Numbered from the stretch's first letter, positions 9,881-20,064 are shown. The stretch: 64,000 nt of DNA from Acidobacteriota bacterium (GCA_040005235.1 JBDTZG010000008.1:71096-135095), one strand, 5' to 3'. Program-made: numbers and translations. Notes: generated from the letters alone by a model not told the origin.

Positions 9881-10468
9881 TTATCGCCCTTCGCGGTCGT
9901 CCACCCAGATCCGCACCGTGTCGCGATCCTCGGTGACGGCGACCAGCTCGCCGCGGCCGTTGCGGGCCAGGGCGTCGATCGCGGCGGAAAAATCAAGCTC
10001 GCCCGGATCTCCGGAAAGGAGGGCGTCGACCACCGGAGCCGGGATGCGGACGACCGCTTCGCCGTTGCCGTCGCCAGGATGGCTCGCGCGGAAGACCAGA
10101 TGGCCGCCGGCTTTGCTCACCGAGAGCCGACCTTCATGGTCCTCGAACGTGGCGATCTTCGCCTCCGGCAGGTTGCGGACTTCGCGCCAGATCTTGCGCA
10201 GCTGGGCCGGCGGGATCTCGTGGTCGTCGATGACGATCCGGCTGCCCGAGTGAATACCGTCGGGAATCAGCGCCGCGAGGGCCTGGACGAAGCTCACCGG
10301 CACGTCGATCGAGACGTGGCCGCTGCCGTCGCCGTGCTGACGGGCCGCATGCCCCTCGGAACCGCTTTGAATGTCGAGGTGAAAATAGGGGCCCGCGGCG
10401 GCCGCCGGCAGGGAGAGGGCAACGAGCAGGGCGGGCAGGAGGATGAGGGAAAGCACGTGTCGTTTCAT
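9881..10468 (-). CDS. Secreted hypothetical protein (195 aa)
   Basis: The real start is probably MKRHVLSLILLPALLVALSLPAAAAG (signal peptide, GGAG SD) inside the longer ORF-track call. Confidence 0.75.
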   Translation of the reverse strand: MKRHVLSLILLPALLVALSLPAAAAGPYFHLDIQSGSEGHAARQHGDGSGHVSIDVPVSFVQALAALIPDGIHSGSRIVIDDHEIPPAQLRKIWREVRNLPEAKIATFEDHEGRLSVSKAGGHLVFRASHPGDGNGEAVVRIPAPVVDALLSGDPGELDFSAAIDALARNGRGELVAVTEDRDTVRIWVDDREGR

Positions 10469-10558
10469 GATCGAGTTCTCCAGGTGATGTCTATCCAGAC
10501 GAGCGCGGAGGGGCCGATGTTTCAAACCGCCAAGTCCGCCGCGGTCTAGAATCGGCCG

Positions 10559-12802
10559 ATGAACGAACCCGGAGGCTCGCCGCCTGCGGTCTCGCTGGAA
10601 CCGCGGGCGGTGGTCGCGACGATCCCTGCGATCACGGCGGTCGCGGCGTGGAGCCTGCTCGCGGCGCTCTGGCTGCTCTCCGTCGGTGCGCGCTTCGGCG
10701 GGGCGGTGTCGCTGGCGAGAGTGATTTTCCCTCTGGCGCTCGCGGCGACGGGGGGCTGGGCCTTCCTCTGGCTGCGAACCCACGTTCGAACCCGCCAATG
10801 GCTGATCCCGACGCTTCTCGCGCTGTCGCTCGTCGTCCGCCTGATCGGCGCCGATCACGAGGTCTCCGGCCGTTATTGGGGCGATGAAGGGACCTACTAC
10901 CAGCATGCGACGCAGATCAACGAGGGAAAGCTCCTCACCCGCTCGTTCGTTTACCCGCACCTCACCTACGACCTTTACGCCTTTGTGCTCTGGCTCGCCG
11001 GGCTGTTTCCGAGCGCGACGGCCGGTGCGGTGCGCGCACTTTGGGGGGTGACCGAACCGCTCGAACGGGAGTGGCTGATCCTGCGCCTGGTGGCGGCCTT
11101 GCTCGGCGCGTTCACGGTCGTCCCTGTGGCGCTCCTGGCACGAAGGATCGCGTCGAAGGCGGCATCCCGCCTCAATCTGGGAACCTTGGCCGGGGCGTTC
11201 GCCGGCCTGCTGCTGATCGCGAACCCGCATTTCAACATGGGATCGCACTTGTTCATCTGCGACGCCCCCTCCGCGTTCTTCGCCGCCGTCTCGCTCGCGT
11301 TCGCGGGGCGGTTGCTCGACGCCGAGAAGAATCGCGACTACGTGGCGGCGGGAATCTGGGCCGGGCTCGCCGCGGCGGCGAAGTACCCCGCCGGGGTGGT
11401 CGCGGTGGCGATCGTGGCGCTTTGGGCGAGTTGGCGCTTCGCCCAGTATCGCCTACCCCAGGGTTTGGTTTCGTGGGTCCCGCAGCGACTGGCTGCTGCC
11501 GAAGGCGCCCGAAGGAGCGAGGAGGCCCACGAAACCAATACCCGGCCCGGAGCGAAACCGAGGCGCTGGAGCTGGGGCCTCCTCTGGGCGGGGCTCGCCG
11601 CGATCTCCGCCTTCGTCGCGGTGATGCCGAGCCTCGCGGTCTATCCGGACATCGCCCTGTTCGGCCAGCGCGGAATGCTGTTCGGCGCCCGACAGTACGC
11701 GCTCCACGGCTGGATCGGCGTCACCCCGCATAGCAACGCGGCGTTCTACCTGCAACTGTTGGTCGAATCGTTCGGTCCGGCGACGCTGGTCATCGGACTG
11801 CCCGGCCTGTTCGCGCTCGACCGACCGACGCGCGGCCGGTGGCTGCGGATGGCGGTCTTTCCCGCGCTGTTCCTCGGACTGCTGTTCTCGATGGCGATGG
11901 TGGTCAAGCGCAATCTCTACCCGGCGATGCCGCCGCTCGCCGCCCTTCTCGGAGTCGGCCTCGCGGCGGCGGCGGTTTGGGCGCTCGGTCGAATCGCCGA
12001 GAAAAAGCCAAGGTTACGTTTCGCGGTCGTGCCGCTGCTCGCCGCACTCTGCCTGGCTCCGCCGGCCTGGCGGACGACGATCGAGACGATCGGCTACGCC
12101 CGCGCTTCGACCCGCGAGCTGGCGGCGGCCTGGGTCTACGCGAACCTGCCGCCCGGCGCGCGGATCGTCAAGGAGCAGTACACGCCAAACTTTCCCGACG
12201 GCACGTTCGAGATCGTCCCCACCCGCTTCGCCGGCCGGCTGGCCGAGCCCGAAATGCGCGAAGCGGGCAACGACTACCTGCTGCTCGCAAGCGACGCCTA
12301 CAAGCGCTTTCTTGACCCCGAGCTGCTGACCAAAGAGCACCACAAGGGGATCGCCCAGAACTATTCGACGATCCTCGCCAGCTACCCGAAAATCGGCGAA
12401 TGGATCCCCAACCGCATCCGCCTCGGGCCGATCGTCCAGCTCTACCGCCTGGAACCCCTCCCCGCCGACTGCCGCACCGGCGGACCGATCTCCGCCCGCG
12501 ACGCCCACGTCCCCGATCTGCGCATGCGCACCGGGCCGAACGTGGCCTATCAACTGCCGGGCCAGTGGGTGCTCTTCAAGGGCTGCTTCGCCGCGGGCAA
12601 GTACTCTTTCCATCTCGACGGAACAATCGCTGGTCCCGGCTCGCTCCGCGGGGTCGACGCGGCGAATCGCAAGGTCGCGGACACGCCGTTGGGGGGCGAA
12701 CCGGTTGCGGTGGATCTGCCGTCACAGGGCAAGTATTTCTTCTACGTGTCGCTGCCGGAGGGGAGCCGGCTGCGGGGGGTGGTGCTCGAACCTGCCGGAT
12801 GA
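10559..12802 (+). CDS. ArnT/PMT-like (GT-C fold) membrane glycosyltransferase
   Basis: Multi-TM protein; early DE motif (YWGDEGTY), AGLAAAAKYP, RNLYPAMP, periplasmic C-terminal domain. Confidence 0.82.
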   Translation: MNEPGGSPPAVSLEPRAVVATIPAITAVAAWSLLAALWLLSVGARFGGAVSLARVIFPLALAATGGWAFLWLRTHVRTRQWLIPTLLALSLVVRLIGADHEVSGRYWGDEGTYYQHATQINEGKLLTRSFVYPHLTYDLYAFVLWLAGLFPSATAGAVRALWGVTEPLEREWLILRLVAALLGAFTVVPVALLARRIASKAASRLNLGTLAGAFAGLLLIANPHFNMGSHLFICDAPSAFFAAVSLAFAGRLLDAEKNRDYVAAGIWAGLAAAAKYPAGVVAVAIVALWASWRFAQYRLPQGLVSWVPQRLAAAEGARRSEEAHETNTRPGAKPRRWSWGLLWAGLAAISAFVAVMPSLAVYPDIALFGQRGMLFGARQYALHGWIGVTPHSNAAFYLQLLVESFGPATLVIGLPGLFALDRPTRGRWLRMAVFPALFLGLLFSMAMVVKRNLYPAMPPLAALLGVGLAAAAVWALGRIAEKKPRLRFAVVPLLAALCLAPPAWRTTIETIGYARASTRELAAAWVYANLPPGARIVKEQYTPNFPDGTFEIVPTRFAGRLAEPEMREAGNDYLLLASDAYKRFLDPELLTKEHHKGIAQNYSTILASYPKIGEWIPNRIRLGPIVQLYRLEPLPADCRTGGPISARDAHVPDLRMRTGPNVAYQLPGQWVLFKGCFAAGKYSFHLDGTIAGPGSLRGVDAANRKVADTPLGGEPVAVDLPSQGKYFFYVSLPEGSRLRGVVLEPAG

Positions 12803-12945
12803 GCGTCTGAAATGCGCGCCCGGAAGCTTTGGGAGGCTACCCGAGGAGGTCGGGGAAGCCTCCTGGGGCGCAGGGGAAGGGATCCGAGCAAGCGCCGGCA
12901 GTGGAGTATTGGAGTTAATCCTGGAAGACGATGCAGTTGTTGTTG

Positions 12946-13431
12946 CTACGAGAAGAGCGTCCGCATCCTGCGCGGCATAGCTCGTGCGTCTATAAAATTC
13001 CTCGCCAGCTTACACAAATCCAAATCTTGCGAAACGATCCGAGCGGGGCTCCTGCTCAGCGCCGTGCCAATTATCTGACAATCGGCCCTGATCGCCGCCC
13101 TGCTCCGCGTCCCATCTTCTAGAATTTCGTCGATGATTCGTGACTCTTTGTTTGACCGCCAGACATTCGCAGCTGCAATCGCGGCAGGGGCGTCGTACGG
13201 GATGACAATGAAGTCCCGGAGTATCTGTGCTCCCGCCGCGGCATGCTCTGCCGTCGGAACTCGAAGCAGCAGCTCTCCAAAGACGACCGCGGAAATCGCC
13301 ACGCGATCACCTCCTCCGCGGAGGCTGTCGATGAAAGCTCCAGCTTCTGCTACCATTTCCTCCTGACCTTCAGTGAACTCTTTCTTGACTCCCCAAACTA
13401 AAATCTGTGTATCAAGGAAGACTAGGCTCAT
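12946..13431 (-). CDS. PIN-domain (VapC-like) ribonuclease
   Basis: FLDTQILVW, ISAVVFGELL, ADCQIIGTA, IVSQDLDL give the four acidic PIN positions; AT-richer than the flanks. Confidence 0.85.
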   Translation of the reverse strand: MSLVFLDTQILVWGVKKEFTEGQEEMVAEAGAFIDSLRGGGDRVAISAVVFGELLLRVPTAEHAAAGAQILRDFIVIPYDAPAAIAAANVWRSNKESRIIDEILEDGTRSRAAIRADCQIIGTALSRSPARIVSQDLDLCKLARNFIDARAMPRRMRTLFS

Positions 13432-14210
13432 AAATCGCCGTCCTCTCGGATGCTCGATAACAGAAGTCCTACTTCTATCTCTTCGTCCCAGTACTTGCCG
13501 ATTGAATCGCTGAGGCGGTCAATCGCTTCCTTTAGATCGACATCCACATAGGGAGATATCGAAGTTGCTCGGAATTCAAGGATATCGCCGGTCACTGAAT
13601 CCCACCTTGCAACACCAGAGATTCCAACCCATGTGTAGAGCCGTGGGCTCAGGGCCTTTGCGTCTTCAGCGCTGATATCTCCATAAATAGTTACATCTTC
13701 AGAGATTTTCAATGCAAAACTTGGCTCGGCGCCGCCGATTCTCTGCAGGTAGCCGTACAAGGAGGTTTCACCTTCGATGGAGGATAAGGAGGCGACCTGG
13801 GTGACAGGGGTGATTATCGTTTTGAAGTCGTCATTGTCCCGAGGAGTGGTTAGCTCTGCGATGCAGTCATATTTACGGGTTATTGCAGATAGAACCTTGA
13901 CAAATTCGATTGATGATTTATCAACGCCGATATAGTTTTGCCCCTCAATCGCCCTACCAAGGACATAGAACGACTGTGCTGCGAGGTCAGGAACGAGCGA
14001 GTCGAAGCCGTAACCAGCGCTCGCGTTCGCCACCGAGCTAAGAGACACAAGGATCTTATCTTTTGGCAGGCCCGGGCAATGCGTGCTTATATGCCGGGAA
14101 ACGTAGTCCTCCAGTTTTTTTAGGACACGCGCCAAGTCGCCGGCTCCTATCCGCGCAAGCGAAATACCGCCGCCCTGGAATCGCACCTGAATAGGGTCTG
14201 GGAGCATCAT
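13428..14210 (-). CDS. Hypothetical protein (about 260 aa) coupled to the PIN gene; possible C-terminal OB-like beta domain
   Basis: ATG 14210 after GAAAGGGG (the ORF track extends to 14279); ATGA overlap with the PIN start; AT-richer codon usage. Confidence 0.75.
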   Translation of the reverse strand: MMLPDPIQVRFQGGGISLARIGAGDLARVLKKLEDYVSRHISTHCPGLPKDKILVSLSSVANASAGYGFDSLVPDLAAQSFYVLGRAIEGQNYIGVDKSSIEFVKVLSAITRKYDCIAELTTPRDNDDFKTIITPVTQVASLSSIEGETSLYGYLQRIGGAEPSFALKISEDVTIYGDISAEDAKALSPRLYTWVGISGVARWDSVTGDILEFRATSISPYVDVDLKEAIDRLSDSIGKYWDEEIEVGLLLSSIREDGDL

Positions 14211-14329
14211 GTCGGACCCCCTTTCGGCAGAGAAGGACTTTTGCGACTCAATTATACCCTGCACCAAAGGAGTGTGCAAAATGCGGGCCTCGCCGGGATC
14301 ATTCTGCCCCCCTCCTCGCAGAAGTCAAG

Positions 14330-14755
14330 CTAACTCCCCGTCTTCCCCGCCAACCGCTCGAACGACTCGCGGAACGCCTCCGGCATGCGGCAGGGCCGGC
14401 CGGTCGATTTGTCGATCCAGAGGTGCTCGGAGTTGCCGGTCACCAGCAGCTCGCCGTTCTTGTGGACTTCGTAGGCGAAGTGGATGCCGCGGCTGCCCAG
14501 GTGCTCGCCCCAGCAGGTGACCTGTACCGTGTCGCCGTAGCGGGCCGGGCGGCGGTAGCGGGCGGAGATTCCGGTCACCATCAGCAGGTAGCCCATGTTC
14601 TCGATTTCGGCGTAGTGGAAGCCGGACATCTCGCAGATCCGGGTGCGGGCGAGCTCGAACCAGATGATGTAGTTGGCATGATGGACGACCGCCATCTGGT
14701 CGGTCTCGGCGTAGCGGACTTCGATGTCGATCGTGGAGCGGACGGGCTCGGGCAT
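14330..14755 (-). CDS. Acyl-CoA thioesterase (YbgC/FadM, hot-dog fold)
   Basis: VRYAETDQMAVVHHANYIIWFELAR signature. Confidence 0.92.
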   Translation of the reverse strand: MPEPVRSTIDIEVRYAETDQMAVVHHANYIIWFELARTRICEMSGFHYAEIENMGYLLMVTGISARYRRPARYGDTVQVTCWGEHLGSRGIHFAYEVHKNGELLVTGNSEHLWIDKSTGRPCRMPEAFRESFERLAGKTGS

Positions 14756-14782
14756 GCGTCATTCTCCAAGAAAGAGGGTGCT

Positions 14783-15496
14783 TCACGCCCGGTCGAGCGG
14801 GCCCCGGCTGTAGCGCAGGACGGTCCAGAGGATTTTGTAGCCGGCGGCGATCGTGCCGCGGATCGTGCCGGTGATTTTGGAGACTCCTACCCGCTTTCGG
14901 TACGACACCGGCACTTCGACCACCCGCAATCCGGCGCGCAGGGCTTTGACCTGAAGCTCCGCGGTCCAGCCGAAGTTGGGGTCGGACATGCCGACGCGCT
15001 CGAGAGCGTCCCAGCGGGCGGCGCGAAACGGCCCCAGGTCGGTGTAGCGGTGGCCGTAGAGCAGGCGGATCAACAGGCATGCGACGAGGTTGCCGGCGCG
15101 CGCCTGGGGGAGCAGCGCGCCGCGCTCGCGGCGGCCGAGCACGCGGGAGCCGATCACCACGTCGGCGGTTCCGGCGAGGATCGGCGCGACCACCTCCGGC
15201 AGCTCCTCCGGGTGATCGGAAAAGTCGGCGTCGATGAAGACCACGATGTCCGGCGGATCGTGCTTCCGCAGGTGGGCGAGTCCCGCCAGGCAGGCGCTGC
15301 CGTAGCCGCGGCGCGCGGCGGGAACGACCACCGCGCCCCCGGCGACCGCCACTTGGGCGGTCGCGTCGGTCGAGCCGTTGTCGGCGACCACGATGCGCCG
15401 AACCGGCGGACGGGGGAGACCCGCGAGCACCAGAGGCAGCGAAGCCTCTTCGTTGAGCGCGGGGATGACGACGTCGATCGCGGCGGTTGCATTCAT
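14783..15496 (-). CDS. Glycosyltransferase family 2 (DPM1-like)
   Basis: VVIPALNEE, ADNGSTD, GYGSAC, FIDADFSD, TDLGPFRA. Confidence 0.92.
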   Translation of the reverse strand: MNATAAIDVVIPALNEEASLPLVLAGLPRPPVRRIVVADNGSTDATAQVAVAGGAVVVPAARRGYGSACLAGLAHLRKHDPPDIVVFIDADFSDHPEELPEVVAPILAGTADVVIGSRVLGRRERGALLPQARAGNLVACLLIRLLYGHRYTDLGPFRAARWDALERVGMSDPNFGWTAELQVKALRAGLRVVEVPVSYRKRVGVSKITGTIRGTIAAGYKILWTVLRYSRGPLDRA

Positions 15497-15667
15497 CTGG
15501 AGAGGCTCGTTCGAGTCCGTCCGCGTTGGACGGCGCCGGATTTTATGCCATGCTCGCCGTCATCCGCGGGATCCTTTCCGGCCGCGGGAACACCGGCCCT
15601 CTCCGGGCGGGCATCGGACGGCTTGGTTGCTCGGACGCTTCCGCCCCCAGGGTCATCGAGGAGCTTC

Positions 15668-16291
15668 ATGTCGCGCGTTCCTTCTTATCTCGCCTTCCTC
15701 GCCGCAGCAACCGTCTGCGGGATATCCGCGACCGCCGCCGCATCGGCGGCCGCTGCGCTGCCGGGCAAATTCCATCGTCTCACCCTGCCGAGCGCGAGCC
15801 CGAAGTTTCCGTTCCCCTACACGATCGAGGTCCCCGAAGGGTGGACCGCTCGCCAGGTGCTGAACGATCCGGGTCTTTGGATCGGCCCGCCGGACGCCAA
15901 GCCGAACGTCGATCCGCGGTTCATCTACGTGCGGATCTCCACCGTCTCGCTCGCAGATCCGAATTCGGTCGTCGCGGCGATCCGCGAGAACGACGCCAAG
16001 GACGATACTTGGAAAGCGGTCGTCGCGGTCAAAGAGGTCCACGGCGCGCGCGGCGTGCTGGTGCAGATCGATCGGGGCAAGGACGCCGAAGCGCGCTCCA
16101 GCCTGACGCTCAAGCTGCCGCTGCCCAAGACCAGCGTCGATTTCGTCGGCCAGGCCGGCAAGGCCGACTTCGCCAAGCAGCGTCCGCTCTACGAGCGAAT
16201 CCTGTTCTCGGCCCAGCCGGTCCCCATGCCGGCGGCGCCCGCGACGCCGGCAGCCGCCAAGCCGGCGCCGGCCACCAAGCCCGGCGGGTAG
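15668..16291 (+). CDS. Secreted hypothetical protein (207 aa)
   Basis: GAGGAG SD then MSRVPSYLAFLAAATVCGISATAAA signal peptide and a Pro/Ala tail; only the 3' part of the 14423..16291 ORF looks real. Confidence 0.72.
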   Translation: MSRVPSYLAFLAAATVCGISATAAASAAAALPGKFHRLTLPSASPKFPFPYTIEVPEGWTARQVLNDPGLWIGPPDAKPNVDPRFIYVRISTVSLADPNSVVAAIRENDAKDDTWKAVVAVKEVHGARGVLVQIDRGKDAEARSSLTLKLPLPKTSVDFVGQAGKADFAKQRPLYERILFSAQPVPMPAAPATPAAAKPAPATKPGG

Positions 16292-16297
16292 GCGGCG

Positions 16298-16864
16298 ATG
16301 CCGATCCATCCGTTCGAAGGGCGCCGGCCCCGGCTCGGCGCACGGGTCTGGCTCGCCCCGTCGGCCCATGTGGCGGGCGACGTGACGCTCGGCGACGACG
16401 TCTCTTTCTGGTTCCATACGATCGCCCGCGGCGACGTTCATTGGATTCGGATCGGTGCGCGAACCAACGTCCAGGATGGTTCGGTGCTCCACGTCACCCA
16501 CGAACGGTTTCCGCTCTCGATCGGCGCAGACGTGGTGATCGGCCATCAGGCGACGGTCCACGGCTGCACGGTCGAAGACGGCGCGTTGATCGGCATTGGG
16601 GCCAGAGTGTTGGACGGCGCGGTGGTCGAAACCGGGGCGCAGATCGGGGCCGGCGCCGTGGTGGCCCCCGGGCATCGCATCCCGGCGGGAATGCTCGCGC
16701 TGGGCATACCGGCGCGGCCGGTGCGCGAGTTGTCGGAGGCGGAGCGAGCGGAAATCCGCGCCATCGCCGCTCGCTATGCGGCGCTCAAGGAGCGGTACCG
16801 GTTGGAGCTCGCGGCAACTCCGGACGTTCTCGATCCCGAGGCGACGCCGGATTCCCAAAATTAG
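16298..16864 (+). CDS. Gamma-carbonic-anhydrase family protein (YrdA/CaiE-like, hexapeptide repeats)
   Basis: ARGDVHWIRIGARTNVQDGSVLH..IGHQATVHGC. Confidence 0.93.
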   Translation: MPIHPFEGRRPRLGARVWLAPSAHVAGDVTLGDDVSFWFHTIARGDVHWIRIGARTNVQDGSVLHVTHERFPLSIGADVVIGHQATVHGCTVEDGALIGIGARVLDGAVVETGAQIGAGAVVAPGHRIPAGMLALGIPARPVRELSEAERAEIRAIAARYAALKERYRLELAATPDVLDPEATPDSQN

Positions 16865-16889
16865 CGGTTTGCATGCGAGGTCTCTACCA

Positions 16890-18671
16890 GTGAATACCCG
16901 GCGCGGCGCAGGAACGATTGGACCAGACGACATCGGGAGCTCGGTGCTCCTCAAAGCTTGGGTACAGCGACGCCGCGATCACGGCGGCGTGATTTTTCTC
17001 GATCTGCGCGATCGCAGCGGCGTGGTCCAAGTGGTGATCAAGCCCGATCTCCAGCCGGAAGCGGCCTCGGCGCTCGGGGCGGTTCGCTCCGAATGGGTGA
17101 TCGAGGTCGAGGGCCGGGTGGTGGCGCGGACTCCCGAGAACGTGAATCCGGAGGTCGCGACCGGCACGCTTGAGGTTCTCGCGGACCGCGGCGTGGTGCT
17201 CACCCGCGCCGAGCCGCTGCCGATCCCGCTCGACGGGCGGGTCGAGGCGGGCGAGGATCTTCGCCTGCGCTACCGCTATCTCGACCTGCGCGGCGCGGAG
17301 CTGCAGAAGAATCTGATGCTTCGCCATCGGGTGGTCCACGAGGCGCGCAATTATTTTCACGACGCCGAGTTCATCGACGTCGAGACGCCGATTCTCACCC
17401 GTTCGACCCCGGAAGGGGCGCGCGACTACCTGGTCCCCAGCCGCGTCCACCGCGGCTCGTTCTACGCCCTGCCGCAGTCGCCGCAGCTGTTCAAACAGCT
17501 GTTGATGGTCGCCGGTTTCGAGCGCTACGTGCAGTTCGCCCGCTGTTTCCGCGACGAGGACCTGCGCGCCGACCGCCAGCCGGAATTCACCCAGATCGAC
17601 CTCGAAATGTCCTTCCCGACCGAGGAGGAGATCTACGAGCTGATCGAGGGACTGTTCCGGCGCATCTTCCCGCTCTCGCCGCTCGGCATCGAGCTGCCGC
17701 AGCCGTTCCCGCGCCTCACCTATGCCGACGCGGTCGCGCGTTACGGCAGCGACCGGCCCGACCTGCGCTTCGAATTGGAGATCCGCGATCTCACCGAGCG
17801 GCTCGGGGGGACCGGCTTCCGGGGATTCTCCGAAGCGGCGGCGAGCGGCGGCGCGATTCGCGGCTTCGCGATCCCGGGCGCCGCGGAGGCGAGCCGCAAG
17901 CAGGTCGACGGCTGGATCGAAATCGCCCGCCGCACCGGCGCGGCCGGCGTGCTGACCTTGAAGCGCAAAGCGGGCGAGACGATCTTCCAGGTGAAAGGTG
18001 CGCTCACCGAAGGCGAGGTCGCGGGCGCAGCCGACGCGCTCGGTCTCGAAGAAGGGGCGCTCGCGCTCCTGGTTGCCGGACCGGCCAAGACCGTGGCCGC
18101 GGCGCTCGGAGCTCTGCGGCTGGAGCTGGCGAAAACCTACGGATTGATTCCCGCCGGGCGCCACGCGTTCCTTTGGGTGACCGACTTTCCGCTGTTCGAA
18201 CGGAATTCGGAAGGCAACCGCTGGGACGCTATGCACCACCCGTTCACCAGCCCCGACCCGCGCGACTTCGAGCTGCTGGCGACCGACCCGGGGCGCGTTC
18301 GCGCGCGGGCCTACGACGTGGTGATGGACGGTATCGAGCTGGGCGGCGGATCGATCCGGATTCACGATCCGGAGGTCCAAGCGCAAATGTTCCGGCTGCT
18401 CGGAATCGACGACGCCGAAGCCGAGGCGCGTTTCGGCTGGTTCCGCGAGGCGCTGCGCTACGGCACGCCGCCGCACGGCGGGATCGCGCTCGGTCTCGAT
18501 CGGATGGTCATGCTGCTCGCGGGAGCTTCATCGATTCGCGACGTGATCGCGTTTCCGAAGACCGCTTCGGCGACCGACCTGCTCACCGAAGCCCCCTCCA
18601 CGGTCGATGCCCGCCAGCTGGCCGAGCTGGGAATCCAGCTCGCGCGGCCGGCACGCCCGGCCGAGGCCTGA
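16890..18671 (+). CDS. aspS: Aspartate--tRNA ligase
   Basis: GTG 16890 after GAGG; RRRDHGGVIFLDLRD, STPEGARDYLVPSR, LPQSPQLFKQ, FRDEDLRADRQPEFTQID, PPHGGIALGLDR. Confidence 0.97.
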   Translation: MNTRRGAGTIGPDDIGSSVLLKAWVQRRRDHGGVIFLDLRDRSGVVQVVIKPDLQPEAASALGAVRSEWVIEVEGRVVARTPENVNPEVATGTLEVLADRGVVLTRAEPLPIPLDGRVEAGEDLRLRYRYLDLRGAELQKNLMLRHRVVHEARNYFHDAEFIDVETPILTRSTPEGARDYLVPSRVHRGSFYALPQSPQLFKQLLMVAGFERYVQFARCFRDEDLRADRQPEFTQIDLEMSFPTEEEIYELIEGLFRRIFPLSPLGIELPQPFPRLTYADAVARYGSDRPDLRFELEIRDLTERLGGTGFRGFSEAAASGGAIRGFAIPGAAEASRKQVDGWIEIARRTGAAGVLTLKRKAGETIFQVKGALTEGEVAGAADALGLEEGALALLVAGPAKTVAAALGALRLELAKTYGLIPAGRHAFLWVTDFPLFERNSEGNRWDAMHHPFTSPDPRDFELLATDPGRVRARAYDVVMDGIELGGGSIRIHDPEVQAQMFRLLGIDDAEAEARFGWFREALRYGTPPHGGIALGLDRMVMLLAGASSIRDVIAFPKTASATDLLTEAPSTVDARQLAELGIQLARPARPAEA

Positions 18672-18681
18672 TTCGAGCCGC

Positions 18682-20055
18682 ATGGCCTGGACCGAGGACC
18701 TGCTGGCCAACCACGCCGCGCTGTCGGAGGTGGACATTCGCTTTCGCGATTTTGCGATGGCCACCCCCAACTGCCTGGACATGGACTACCTGTTGAAGTT
18801 TGGGTTCCAGGAGCCCGAGTCCGTCTACTACACCGGCGGGCTTCACCCTTGGCCGTTCTTCGTCGGCCGCCAGATGCGCTCCGAGCTGGAGCGCGTGACC
18901 CTCGGCCTGTCGCGCCTGCATCGCCTGATCCCGGAACGGATCTTCGACAACGATCCGGAGCGGATCGCGGCCTACTACGGACTCGATCCGCTGTTCACCG
19001 AGCTTCTGGTCGAGCCGCCGAACGGGCTCGATTCGGCGCTCGCGCGGGCCGACCTGGTGGGATCGAGCGATGGCTTGAAGTGCGTCGAATTCAACTTCGG
19101 TTCCCGCCTGGGCGGCACCGAGGCGAGATACCGCACGGGGATCTATCGCCAAGTGCCCGAGTTTCAGGAATTCCTGGCACGAGAGGGGCTCTCCTGGGCG
19201 CATCGCGACACGGTGCGCGAGATGTTCGCGCATTTCTTCGACGAGGCGCTGCGGCTCGGGCTGGGCAAGGAAGGGACGCTGAACCTCGGCCTGCTGATCG
19301 ATCAGCCGTTGCTGTTCGGAATGGGCGAGCGCTTTGCCCGCGAATTTGACGCCGCGCTACGCGACTCCGGCCTGCCGCTCGGCGGCCGCCTGCACGTCTG
19401 TTGGCAGCACCAATTGCGAGAGGAGGAGGGCGCCCTTCGCCTCGCCGGCGCCCGTCTCCATGGCCTGGTCGAAATGACCGTTCGCGGTACCCATCCCGCC
19501 GTCTATCCGCTCGCCGCCGCGGGCGAGCTCGTGCTGTTCAACGGGCCGATCCACGCGATCCTCGCGGGCAAGCAGAATCTCGCGTTGCTCTCGGAGTACC
19601 AGGACTCGGAGTGCTTCACCGCCGAAGAGCGGGAGCTGCTCCGCGGCCACCTGCCGTGGACCCGTGTGGTGGAGCGGAAAGACGTGCGCTTCGACGGCCG
19701 CGATTGGGATCTGCCGACCCTGCTCGCGGAGCGTCGGGGTGACCTGGTTTTGAAGTCCTGCCGGTCGCTCGGGGGTAAGGACGTGGCGATCGGCCGGGCC
19801 TCGACCGACGCGGAGTGGCAGGCGGCGATCGACACCGCGCTGTCGGGCGATCTTTGGATCGTTCAGGAGTTCGTGGTCTCCAAAAGCTATCTGGCGCTTT
19901 CCGACGCCGGGGTCGAGCGCCACGATCTGATCTGGGGTCCGTTCGCCTTCGGCTCCCGCTTCGGCGGCAACTTCCTTCGCCTGCAGCCGACGCGGGTCGG
20001 CGGGGCGATCAACGCCAGCCGGACCGGCTCGGCAAGCAGCATGTACGAAGTCTGA
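18682..20055 (+). CDS. Circularly permuted ATP-grasp / glutathionylspermidine-synthase-like ligase, copy 1
   Basis: ARADLV..LKCVEFN..GG, KQNLALLSE, HLPWTR, LVLK..GGKDV, WIVQEFV in the circularly permuted order. Start ATG 18682 chosen by alignment with copy 2. Confidence 0.78.
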   Translation: MAWTEDLLANHAALSEVDIRFRDFAMATPNCLDMDYLLKFGFQEPESVYYTGGLHPWPFFVGRQMRSELERVTLGLSRLHRLIPERIFDNDPERIAAYYGLDPLFTELLVEPPNGLDSALARADLVGSSDGLKCVEFNFGSRLGGTEARYRTGIYRQVPEFQEFLAREGLSWAHRDTVREMFAHFFDEALRLGLGKEGTLNLGLLIDQPLLFGMGERFAREFDAALRDSGLPLGGRLHVCWQHQLREEEGALRLAGARLHGLVEMTVRGTHPAVYPLAAAGELVLFNGPIHAILAGKQNLALLSEYQDSECFTAEERELLRGHLPWTRVVERKDVRFDGRDWDLPTLLAERRGDLVLKSCRSLGGKDVAIGRASTDAEWQAAIDTALSGDLWIVQEFVVSKSYLALSDAGVERHDLIWGPFAFGSRFGGNFLRLQPTRVGGAINASRTGSASSMYEV

Positions 20056-20064
20056 GGACCGCCC

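Noticed and set aside
12803-14329. IS or integrative element carrying the PIN pair
   Set aside because: No transposase or integrase, terminal inverted repeats or target duplication could be seen at the borders.
14423-15667. N-terminal extension of the 622-aa ORF 14423..16291
   Set aside because: It overlaps the thioesterase and GT2 genes antisense; the SD and signal peptide point to ATG 15668.
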